From Acidobacteriota bacterium (GTDB taxonomy: Bacteria > Acidobacteriota > Vicinamibacteria > Fen-336): a stretch of DNA of 38,749 bases. Positions 28,693-36,787 of the stretch are shown piece by piece (position 1 is the stretch's first letter; every line of letters starts with the position of its first letter). A program made the position numbers and the translations under genes. Under the pieces are notes generated by a model. The model ran no database searches and was not told the origin of the DNA. It saw only the letters and a list, made by a program, of their open reading frames with translations. The stretch spans positions 1-38,749 of the forward strand of contig JANMPI010000236.1 of the NCBI GenBank assembly GCA_031369785.1, in the 5' to 3' direction.

Positions 28693-29612
28693 AGACGGCG
28701 GCGTCCTCGATCCTCGTCGTCGGCAGCGTCGCCTTCGACACCGTGGAGACGCCTTTCGGGCGCGCGGAGAAGGTGCTCGGCGGCAGCGCGTCGTTCTTCT
28801 CCGTGGCGGCGTCCTTCTTCGTGCCCGTGAACCTCGTGGGCATCGTCGGCCGCGACTTCGGCGAGAAGGAGCTGGCCGCTTTCAAGGGACGGCCGATCGA
28901 CCTCGAGGGGCTGGAGCGCGGCGATGGCGAGACCTTCCACTGGCAGGGGAAGTACTCCTACGACCTCAACTCCCGCGAGACGGTGTGCACGGACCTGAAC
29001 GTCTTCGAGACCTTCAAGCCGCGCATCCCCGAGAAGTACCAAAGGAGCAGCCACGTGTTCCTGGGCAACATCGATCCCCTGCTGCAGCGCGACGTCCTCG
29101 ACCAGGTCCGCGACCCCGAGGTCGTGGCCTGCGACACCATGAACTTCTGGATCTCCGGCAAGCCGGAGGAGCTCCGGAAGACGCTGGCCCGCGTCTCGAT
29201 CCTGCTCATCAACGACGCCGAGGCTCGGCAGCTGTCGGGAGAATGGAACATCGTGAAGGCGGCGCGGGCGATCCGTGCCATGGGGCCGCGGACGCTCATC
29301 GTCAAGAAGGGCGAGCACGGTGTCGTCATGTTCTCGGACGAGGGGTCCTTCGCCGCCCCCGCGTATCCGCTGGAGGAAGTGTTCGATCCGACGGGCGCCG
29401 GCGATACGTTCGCGGGCGGGTTCCTGGGCTCGCTGGCCGGGGCACGCACGACGGACGAGGGCGCGCTGCGCCGCGCGGTCGTCATGGGCAGCACGCTCGC
29501 GTCGTTCTGCGTCGAGGCTTTCAGCCTGGACCGGCTGCTCCGCCTGACCCGGCCGGAGATCGACGCCCGCTACCGGCTCTTCAAGAAGCTCACCGACTTC
29601 GAGGCGCTCTGA
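28689..29612 (+). CDS. PfkB/ribokinase family kinase
   Basis: ATGA overlap start. VVGSVAFD, GGSA, DTMNFWI, INDAEA, VKKGEHG and DPTGAGDTFAGG. Confidence 0.92.
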   Translation: MKTAASSILVVGSVAFDTVETPFGRAEKVLGGSASFFSVAASFFVPVNLVGIVGRDFGEKELAAFKGRPIDLEGLERGDGETFHWQGKYSYDLNSRETVCTDLNVFETFKPRIPEKYQRSSHVFLGNIDPLLQRDVLDQVRDPEVVACDTMNFWISGKPEELRKTLARVSILLINDAEARQLSGEWNIVKAARAIRAMGPRTLIVKKGEHGVVMFSDEGSFAAPAYPLEEVFDPTGAGDTFAGGFLGSLAGARTTDEGALRRAVVMGSTLASFCVEAFSLDRLLRLTRPEIDARYRLFKKLTDFEAL

Positions 29613-29628
29613 GGGTTAGACTTTTCTG

Positions 29629-30507
29629 ATGGGGAGCCGGTCGCAACCGCAACCATCACTCGCCCGGGCCGAGATCTCGCTGTACCAGAGCGTGCAGCAG
29701 ATCAAGGACTCCCACGGACTGGTCGAGCTCGGGATCGCGTTCTACGACTACGAGACGACGCTGCAGTGGTCGTACAACGCCGACTCCTGGTTCCACGCCG
29801 CGTCCACGATGAAGCTCGCCGTCCTGCTCGGCGTCTACCGCATGGTCGACCGGGGCGACCTGACCATGGACGCGCCGGTGCACGTGCGCAACAAGTTCAC
29901 GAGCATTGCCGGCCCGCCCCATCAGCTCTTCATGGTGGACGTCAATCGCGACTCCGACCCCGAGCTCTACCGGCATCTCGGGCGCACCATGCCGGTGAAG
30001 CGCCTCGCCTACCAGATGATCACCGCCTCCAGCAACTTCGCCACCAACCTGCTAGTGGACGTGGTCGGCGTGCCGACGATACAGGCGGCGCTCGCGGAGC
30101 TCGGGATCGAGGGTGTCACCGTGCTGCGGGGGGTCGAGGACCAGGCCGCCTTCGACGCCGGCCTCAACAACCTCGTGACCGCGAACGGATTGCTGCGGAT
30201 GCTGCGGATGATCGCGGACGGGAAGGCGTTCTCCGCGAGCGCCTCCCGCGAGATGCTGGACATCATGCACGACCAGCAGCTGAAGAGCGGGATTCCCGCC
30301 GGCCTCCCGGAGGCGGCCCGGGTCGCCCACAAGACAGGAAACATCGCGACCGTCCATCACGACGCGGGCATCGTGTATCTTGAAGATCGGAAGCCCTACG
30401 TGCTCGTGATCCTGACGCGGTTCGACCAGGCCTCGCCGCGCAGCACGGCGGTCGCCGACGTCTCCCGCGACATCTATGAATGCCTGGCCGGTATCCGGTG
30501 CACGTGA
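29629..30507 (+). CDS. Class A beta-lactamase-fold serine hydrolase without a signal peptide
   Basis: SxxK (AASTMK), SxN (MITASSN), KTG (AHKTG), HDAGIV and PYVLVILT. The N-terminus is polar. Confidence 0.87.
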   Translation: MGSRSQPQPSLARAEISLYQSVQQIKDSHGLVELGIAFYDYETTLQWSYNADSWFHAASTMKLAVLLGVYRMVDRGDLTMDAPVHVRNKFTSIAGPPHQLFMVDVNRDSDPELYRHLGRTMPVKRLAYQMITASSNFATNLLVDVVGVPTIQAALAELGIEGVTVLRGVEDQAAFDAGLNNLVTANGLLRMLRMIADGKAFSASASREMLDIMHDQQLKSGIPAGLPEAARVAHKTGNIATVHHDAGIVYLEDRKPYVLVILTRFDQASPRSTAVADVSRDIYECLAGIRCT

Positions 30508-30514
30508 AAAACCG

Positions 30515-31234
30515 ATGATGGAGCGGGAGTCGGGCCTGAAGGTCGTGGACGGCTTCGACCTGGAGGCCGACCTGCGGGCCGTCCTGCGCCCCCACGAGAT
30601 GGTGCAGGACAAGCTCGGGCGGCAGCACCGCCTGCCGCGCTACTTCTACGAGGTGCCGTCGCACGAGGCGGCGCGGGACATCCGCCTCACCGGCCACTTC
30701 GGGCTGAACGAGTTCCTGCTCGTCGACCTGAAGGAAGCGTCACGGCTCCGGCAATATCCCCGTTACGTCCCGTGCGCGATCCGGACCCTGGCCTTCTACC
30801 TCGAGCGGTTGCGCGAGGGCGTGGGCGCGTCGCTGCACATCGCGGTAAACGGCGGGTATCGATCGCCGGCCCACAAGCTCGCCGTCGGCGCCACGCCCCA
30901 CATGTGGGGGACCGCGGTCGACCTGTATCGCGTGGGCTCGGTGATCCTGCGCGAGCAGGCCCCGATCGAAACCTACAACCGCGTGGCCGAGGAGCTCACC
31001 GACGATTGGTACGTCATGCCGTACGGCCACGAGATCGGCAAGGCCGACGATCACCTCCATCTCGACCTCGGGTTCGTCGTGGTCGTACCCCGCGAGATGA
31101 GCGAGGACCGCCTCGAGGCGCCCCAGGCCGTTCCCCGCCATGCCTTCGAGGAGCGCCGCAGCGGGGACCGCCGCGGCTGGCCGTCTCCGGCGAACCTCGA
31201 AATGCCGCCCGCCGCCACCACCACCGATCGTTAG
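30515..31234 (+). CDS. Peptidase M15A-like (D-Ala-D-Ala carboxypeptidase/YcbK-type) zinc metallopeptidase without a signal peptide
   Basis: RLTGHFGLNEF, VNGGYRSPAH, Hx6D (HMWGTAVD) and HxH (HLHLD). The start could be 30476, 30515 or 30518. Confidence 0.78.
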   Translation: MMERESGLKVVDGFDLEADLRAVLRPHEMVQDKLGRQHRLPRYFYEVPSHEAARDIRLTGHFGLNEFLLVDLKEASRLRQYPRYVPCAIRTLAFYLERLREGVGASLHIAVNGGYRSPAHKLAVGATPHMWGTAVDLYRVGSVILREQAPIETYNRVAEELTDDWYVMPYGHEIGKADDHLHLDLGFVVVVPREMSEDRLEAPQAVPRHAFEERRSGDRRGWPSPANLEMPPAATTTDR

Positions 31235-31377
31235 GGCTTGGCGCGGATCCTGCTTTGGGTCAGGGAGCGGAGTTTCCGTTTTGCGTCGCGCGGCGCCTTG
31301 GATTCCGGCAAACCGATAATATGAAAGGGTCCGCCTCCGGCCCCGGCCTCAGCGGCCGTGTCCCGCGCTTGTAAAGA

Positions 31378-33060
31378 ATGCAACCCGAGATCAAGTACGA
31401 CGACGAGCCCTCCGGCCGACGCCGCCTGCGCGGACGGGGGACCACCTCCATCTACGAGGCCGCCGCCGAGGGGCTGGCGATGCCGGTCTGCGGGATGGAG
31501 GCGGAGTTCAACGTCGTGATGGACGGCGTCGAGATCGACCCCCGGAAGTTCTGGGGCGATCCCACCGCCTTCATCGACCAGCCGCTCCTGCGCCGGACGC
31601 GCAGCTCGCTGCAGCTGCCGACCGGCGGCGCCGTCTACTTCGACCGCGGGGTCATCGAGGTCGTGACCCCCGTCATCGAGCTGGCGCCCGGGTGCACCGC
31701 CCGCGTGGTACGGAATCTCTGGGAGCAGATCCACTTCGTCCGCGACGAGCTCACGAAGTGGGAGGCCAAGTCGGGCAAGCACATCCGCCTGAAGGCGTAC
31801 AGCGCGCACTACAACGTCTCCTTCGAGCTGAAGCGCCGCGAGCAGGACAAGCACCGCAACATCCAGAAGCTGGCGCTGCTGCTCGCCCATCTGCTGCCCG
31901 TCCCCTTGGCGCTCGTCGGCACCAACCGCCGCTCCACCGGGCTCGGGGTGCGGCCGCGCGGCAACCGCCTCGAAGTCACGGCCGACTTCACGCCCGATCC
32001 CGGGCTGATGATCGCGAGCGCGACCCTCATCGTCGGCATCGTGCGCGCGGTGATCGAATGGCCCTCGTACGAGCTCTCGATGCTCGAGACGCACGGGATC
32101 CCGCTCATCGCCGGCGTCATCCCGGGGAAGCACACCACCCGGAAGGGATGGCTCACGAAGGATTTCCAGTACCCGGGCCAGAGCCCGTTCACGACCGACG
32201 TCGATTCGCGGGTCTGGCGGATGCGCGACGGGACGCTGATGTCGCTGCGCGGCATCTCCCGTCAGATCACGTGGTACTTCCGCCAGTCCATCCGGCGGTT
32301 CGCCGATCCGTTCAGCATGCGGCACCTGTTCGCGATCATGAGCGGCCGCGCGCCGAGCATGCTGGAGCTGCCGGACCGCCCGCCGGCGTACTACGACGTC
32401 GGCCGCCTCATCCGCTGGGGCATGGTGCTGCCGCCGCTCGCGAGCGTCGCCCGCGGGCGCACGCCCGACATGGCCGTGGCCTGGCCGGGGAACGAGCCGT
32501 TCGAGAGCTTTCTCGATGCGCGCGACAAGGAGCGCAAGGCGTACTGGGGAACGCTGACGGCGCCCGCGACCCCGCGCCGCGGCCGCACGGCAACGCCGGT
32601 GGTGCCCAGCGCAGCGGACAACGGGAAGACGACCATCAGCGAGCAGCAGGCGGCGGCTTCGGCGCGCCCCGCGGCCTCCCGCGTCCATTCCGGCGGCAAC
32701 GGACGCAGCCGCGTCGCGGAGGTGTCGCCGCGCCCGCGGCGCAGCCAGGACAACCCGCTCTCCGCCACCCGCGGGCTGGCCGGCGCGCAGCGCCGCGCCC
32801 GCGCCCTGGAGCGGCGGAAGCGCGAGCGGCGCGCCAAGCGTGTGCCGGTCCCGTTTCCCGACCGGCGCCTCACCCGTTCCGCCTACGAGCAGGTCTTTCT
32901 GAAGCTGGTGTCCGGCGGGCGCCTCCGGATCGGCCCCGAGACGTACACGCCCGTGGGCATGCGCGGATGGGACCAGGCTGTCTTTCGGCGCGACTCCGAC
33001 GGCAAGGAGCGCCTCCTGTCCATCGACCAGCTGCTGAAGAAGATCAACGACTGGAAATGA
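31378..33060 (+). CDS. PafA/Dop-like (Pup ligase/deamidase-related) carboxylate-amine ligase-fold protein
   Basis: GhExE (CGMEAEF), LPTGGAVYFD (cf. PafA/Dop NGARLYxD), IEVVTP (cf. PEY.TPE), HYN (cf. HEN), RLEVTAD (cf. RLHV.xGD) and C-terminal GWDQAVF (cf. Dop WDSVIF). It also has a long Arg/Ala/Pro-rich insert. Confidence 0.7.
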   Translation: MQPEIKYDDEPSGRRRLRGRGTTSIYEAAAEGLAMPVCGMEAEFNVVMDGVEIDPRKFWGDPTAFIDQPLLRRTRSSLQLPTGGAVYFDRGVIEVVTPVIELAPGCTARVVRNLWEQIHFVRDELTKWEAKSGKHIRLKAYSAHYNVSFELKRREQDKHRNIQKLALLLAHLLPVPLALVGTNRRSTGLGVRPRGNRLEVTADFTPDPGLMIASATLIVGIVRAVIEWPSYELSMLETHGIPLIAGVIPGKHTTRKGWLTKDFQYPGQSPFTTDVDSRVWRMRDGTLMSLRGISRQITWYFRQSIRRFADPFSMRHLFAIMSGRAPSMLELPDRPPAYYDVGRLIRWGMVLPPLASVARGRTPDMAVAWPGNEPFESFLDARDKERKAYWGTLTAPATPRRGRTATPVVPSAADNGKTTISEQQAAASARPAASRVHSGGNGRSRVAEVSPRPRRSQDNPLSATRGLAGAQRRARALERRKRERRAKRVPVPFPDRRLTRSAYEQVFLKLVSGGRLRIGPETYTPVGMRGWDQAVFRRDSDGKERLLSIDQLLKKINDWK

Positions 33061-33120
33061 CCGCGGCGCAGGCTGCGGGATGGCGCGCGTCGCCCCCGGC
33101 CGCGCGCGCGGCGGCGCTAA

Positions 33121-33501
33121 CTACAGGTTGCTGCCCGACTCCAGCATCGTGTTCACGATGGTGAGCAGCTTGTTGGCCGTGAACGGCTTGTTGATGTACA
33201 TGACCGCGCCCGACTCGAACCCCTCGGCAAGCGCGTCACCGCCGCCCTTGGCGGTCAGGAAGATGACCGGGATGTCCTTGAGCCGCGGGTCGTCCTTGAT
33301 CTTGCGGCAGACCGTGAAGCCGTCGACCTCCGGCATCATCACGTCGAGCAGGACGAGGTCGAAGGTGGCCGCGGCGAGCACGCGCAACGCCTCCGCGCCG
33401 CCGCCGGCGGACGTCACCTCGAAGCCCTTCTGCTCCAGGATGGTCTTCTCGAGGTTCAGGATGTTCTCGTCGTCGTCGACGACCAGGATCCTCTTCGACA
33501 T
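33121..33501 (-). CDS. Single-domain response regulator
   Basis: ILVVDDD, LVLLDVMMPEVDG, VIFLTAK, YINKPF. GGAGG RBS and an extended -10 (TGCTAGAAT) upstream. Confidence 0.92.
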   Translation of the reverse strand: MSKRILVVDDDENILNLEKTILEQKGFEVTSAGGGAEALRVLAAATFDLVLLDVMMPEVDGFTVCRKIKDDPRLKDIPVIFLTAKGGGDALAEGFESGAVMYINKPFTANKLLTIVNTMLESGSNL

Positions 33502-33632
33502 CAAGACCTCCGCGGAGCCGGCGAGGTGCGGATTCTAGCAAGCGGTCCGCGGGCGTTCAATGGAGGAGCTTCGCCACCTGGGGCGGAGGGAGTCGGCGGC
33601 GGGCTGCGATCAGCGCGCGGGCGCGTCGACCA

Positions 33633-34217
33633 TCAGGGGTGGAACGTGATGCGCACGTCGTTGGAGCGGAGGCCGTCCGCCTCGCAGTAGGCGGTGAGGG
33701 TGCCCGATCCGGTCGCGGCGATCGTCGGCGTGAACTGCGTCTTGCCGGAGACGCCGCCCGCGATGCCGGCGGGCGAAAACGTCCAGCGTGGGGTCTCGCG
33801 TACCCGCGTGTGTGCGTTCGCCGCATCCTTCGGCGTGACGTCGAAGTGCACGCGGCACCCGATCTGCGCCTGGGTCGCCCCTTCGCTGCCCGGGATCTCG
33901 CGGCCTCCGCACTCGACGAAGAACACCTTCGCGCCGAGGCGGACGGGCGTATTCGTGTTGTTGACGATCTGGTCTTCCGGTCCGACGCCGCCGCCGCCGG
34001 GCGTCGGATTGGAGGGCGCAGGCGCGGCCGGCCGCTCGACGACTTCCGGCACGGGCGCGGAGGGAGCCGGGATGACGATCACCGGCGCCGGCGGAGGCGC
34101 TAGCGGCACGCCGCCGTTCACGAGAATGGGACTCGGACGGGCCGGTAGCTCCTCGGTGATGGTGTGGCAGCCGACTCCCAGCGTGACGACGACCAACGAC
34201 AGCAGGATCCGTCGCAT
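33633..34217 (-). CDS. Hypothetical lipoprotein with a Pro-rich linker and a beta-rich domain
   Basis: GAGGAGGT RBS and MRRILLSLVVVTLGVG-C lipobox-like signal. TTGACA-N17-CACCGT upstream (34281-34253). Confidence 0.75.
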   Translation of the reverse strand: MRRILLSLVVVTLGVGCHTITEELPARPSPILVNGGVPLAPPPAPVIVIPAPSAPVPEVVERPAAPAPSNPTPGGGGVGPEDQIVNNTNTPVRLGAKVFFVECGGREIPGSEGATQAQIGCRVHFDVTPKDAANAHTRVRETPRWTFSPAGIAGGVSGKTQFTPTIAATGSGTLTAYCEADGLRSNDVRITFHP

Positions 34218-34277
34218 CGGGCCACCTCCTCTACCGCTCGAAAGTATGTGAGACGGTGGCATGGAAGCACGCGGCTG

Positions 34278-35411
34278 TCAACGCTTTTCTTGGCCGCCCA
34301 TGAGCCGGGCCACAACCTCCGCGGCGCGGCCGGAGGCGCCGGGCGCGCCCAGCCGGCGCCGGACGTCGGCCAGCGCCTCGCGCATGGCGTCCCCGGCCGG
34401 GCCCAGAAGGGCGAGCACCTCGTCCGTCACCTTCTCCGGCGTGAAATCGCCCTGGATCAGCTCGGGAACGATGCGGCGCTCCGCGATGAGGTTGGCCATG
34501 GCGACGTGCGGCACCTTCACGAACCGCCGGCCCAGGCTATAGGTGACCGCGGACAGCCGGTACACGACGACCATCGGCGTTCCGAGGAGCGCGGCTTCGA
34601 CGGTGGCCGTCCCCGACGCGACCACGGCCACCGCGGCGGCGGCGAGCGCTTCGTGGGTCTGGCCGTCGACGAGGACGACGCGGGGCGGAAGCCCCGCGCG
34701 GAGATCACCGGCATCGATGGACGGCGCGACCGCGGCCACGAACTGCAGATCCGGCCGGCGGTCGGCGAGGAGGCGCACCGCTCCCGCGAGCGCGGGCAGG
34801 TTGTGCGCGATTTCCTTGCGGCGGCTCCCCGGGAGTATCGCGATCACCGGCCGCCCCGCGTCCAGCCCGTGGGCGGCGAGAAAGCCGACCCGATCACGCG
34901 CGGGAGCGACGAGGTCGATGAGCGGGTGGCCAACGAACGTCACCGGCACGGAAGCGTCGTCGTAGACCTTCGCCTCGAAGGGGAAGATGACGATCATGTG
35001 CGCGACGCGGGCGCGAATGGCGCGCAGCCGGTGCTTTCGCCATGCCCACACCTGCGGCGAGACGTAATAGACGACGCGCACCCCGCGGTCGTGAAGCGCG
35101 CGGGCGAGGCGCAGGTTGAAGTCGGGATAGTCGACGAGCACGGCGAGATCGGGCCGTCGCGCGTCGACCTCGGCGAGGAGCCGGCGGAAGATCCTGCGGA
35201 ATCGCGGCAGGTGCGAGACGATTTCCCACAGCCCGACGACCGCGAGCTCGCGGACGTGGCCGAGAAGGCGCGCACCCTCGGCGAGGAGCCGGTCGCCGCC
35301 GAGCCCGAAGACGTCGAGTGGCGCTTCCGAACGCGCACGCAGATGGCGGACGAGGTCGGCGGCGTACAGGTCGCCGGACGGCTCACCGCACGAGACCAGG
35401 AGCCGCGGCAT
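34278..35411 (-). CDS. lpxB: Lipid-A-disaccharide synthase
   Basis: SCGEPSGD, DYPDFN, YYVSPQVWAW, IFPFE, FVGHP, LPGSR..E, SGTATVE and PELIQ. Confidence 0.96.
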   Translation of the reverse strand: MPRLLVSCGEPSGDLYAADLVRHLRARSEAPLDVFGLGGDRLLAEGARLLGHVRELAVVGLWEIVSHLPRFRRIFRRLLAEVDARRPDLAVLVDYPDFNLRLARALHDRGVRVVYYVSPQVWAWRKHRLRAIRARVAHMIVIFPFEAKVYDDASVPVTFVGHPLIDLVAPARDRVGFLAAHGLDAGRPVIAILPGSRRKEIAHNLPALAGAVRLLADRRPDLQFVAAVAPSIDAGDLRAGLPPRVVLVDGQTHEALAAAAVAVVASGTATVEAALLGTPMVVVYRLSAVTYSLGRRFVKVPHVAMANLIAERRIVPELIQGDFTPEKVTDEVLALLGPAGDAMREALADVRRRLGAPGASGRAAEVVARLMGGQEKR

Positions 35412-35571
35412 GGGCGGCCAGTATACCGGGCGCGGCCGAAGGGGGAGTGTCACCAGGCGTGACGCCGGGTGTCCTGGGCGCGGGACAGCTCCGTCCGTTC
35501 GCGACCATCCGAACGCTCCGGTAAGATAATGAGACGTCACACGTTGCGCGGCATTACAGGAAAATCTGTCG

Positions 35572-35587
35572 CGGCATGTCGATTGCA
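35572..35587 (+). promoter_or_regulatory. Putative sigma54 promoter for the PEGA protein gene
   Basis: CGGCATGTCGATTGCA has GG at 35573-74, N10, and GC at 35585-86. An AT-rich segment lies upstream, and a GTCAC-N5-GTGAC inverted repeat at about 35449-35463 is a candidate enhancer. Confidence 0.6.
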
Positions 35588-35656
35588 AAAGCGCCCGCCG
35601 ACGGTGTGGGTGCTTCGCCGCGATCCCGCGGCGTCACCGGACACGGAGGACCAGCG

Positions 35657-36787
35657 ATGAGCGCACGAGTCGTTCTGGCAGTGGCGGTGGCGTTCGCGGC
35701 CGCGCCGGCGTGGGCGGACGAGAAGGTCGCGCCGATGGCGAAGGTCGCGCCGTCCGAGGCCTCGCATTCGTCCCGGTCCGCTACGTCGTCGTCTTCATCC
35801 TCTTCGTCGTCGGACTACGCGTTCGCGAAGTCGGATGCCCGCCGTCCGTCGGGCGCCTCGGCGCGCAGCGGCAGCGATCGCGGCGGGTCGTCGGGATACG
35901 CGCGGCCGCGGACGGACGCGCAGGCGCGTCATCCCCGCCCTGGCACGGGTACCGGCCAATTCGACGACGATCACCACCGGAGCCGTTACGGCGGCGGCCA
36001 TCGCGGCGGCTACGGGAACGGCGGCCGCTACGGATACGGCGGCAGCTACGGATACGGGTACGGATGGGGATCGCCGTCCTATGGCGGCTACGGCCGGTTC
36101 GGGGACCTCTATAGCCCCTACGACTCCTGGTACTCGCCCTACTACTACAGCGGCTACTACGGCTACTCGCCCTCGTACTCCCGCCGCGGCTACGGATACG
36201 GGTACCGCGACAGCGGATCGGTGCGGCTCCTCGTCGACCCCGAGCGGACGCGCGTTTACGTCGACGGTTACTACGCGGGCATCGTCGATGACTTCGACGG
36301 AGTCCTGCAGCGGCTGAACATTCCGCCCGGCCGCCACGAGATCACGCTCCGGCTCGAGGGCTATCGCACGCAGAACTTCCGGGTGTACGTCCCCGTGGAC
36401 GACACGATCAAGATCCACTACGACATGGTCCACGGCGCGGGCGAGGCGACGTCCGAGGAGTTCGCCGGCCGTCCGGGCGACGACTATGCGCGGGTCGAGG
36501 ACATGGGTGACCGCGACCGCGGCCGCGACGATCGCCGCTATGGCCGCGACGACCGGCGCGACGACGGCGACTCGGCGGGCGTGCGCATCCAGGTGAGCCC
36601 GCGCGATGCGTCGGTGTACGTCGACGGCGAGTTCCGGGGCTCGGGCCGCGACGCGACGAGCCTGCGGCTGCGCCCGGGACGCCATCGCATCGAGATCGTC
36701 CGCCCGGGTTTCCGGACCCTCGAGCGTGAGATCGACGTCCAGGCCGGACGCAGCGCCGATCTGGAGTTCGACCTCGAGAAGATGTAG
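35657..36787 (+). CDS. Secreted PEGA-domain protein with Ser-rich and Gly/Tyr-rich low-complexity regions
   Basis: GGAGG RBS and a signal peptide. Two PEGA domains (VDPERTRVYVDG..PPGRHEITLRLEGY; SPRDASVYVDG..PGRHRIEIVRPGF). Confidence 0.87.
   Translation: MSARVVLAVAVAFAAAPAWADEKVAPMAKVAPSEASHSSRSATSSSSSSSSSDYAFAKSDARRPSGASARSGSDRGGSSGYARPRTDAQARHPRPGTGTGQFDDDHHRSRYGGGHRGGYGNGGRYGYGGSYGYGYGWGSPSYGGYGRFGDLYSPYDSWYSPYYYSGYYGYSPSYSRRGYGYGYRDSGSVRLLVDPERTRVYVDGYYAGIVDDFDGVLQRLNIPPGRHEITLRLEGYRTQNFRVYVPVDDTIKIHYDMVHGAGEATSEEFAGRPGDDYARVEDMGDRDRGRDDRRYGRDDRRDDGDSAGVRIQVSPRDASVYVDGEFRGSGRDATSLRLRPGRHRIEIVRPGFRTLEREIDVQAGRSADLEFDLEKM

Noticed and set aside
29629-30507. Calling this an antibiotic-resistance beta-lactamase
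   Set aside because: It has no signal peptide, has SSN rather than SDN, and shows no clear omega-loop ExxLN motif. The fold alone does not imply resistance.
31260-31451. Small ORFs near the PafA-like gene as a Pup/UBact modifier
   Set aside because: None is acidic or ends in GGE/GGQ. The minus-strand ORF overlaps the ligase start.
33061-33120. GC-rich spacer between convergent genes as an intrinsic terminator
   Set aside because: Only imperfect GC pairings and no U-tract on either strand.
33545-33640. Possible small gene between the lipoprotein and REC genes
   Set aside because: Only a 7-codon ATG ORF or a start-less frame is present, with no RBS or motif support.
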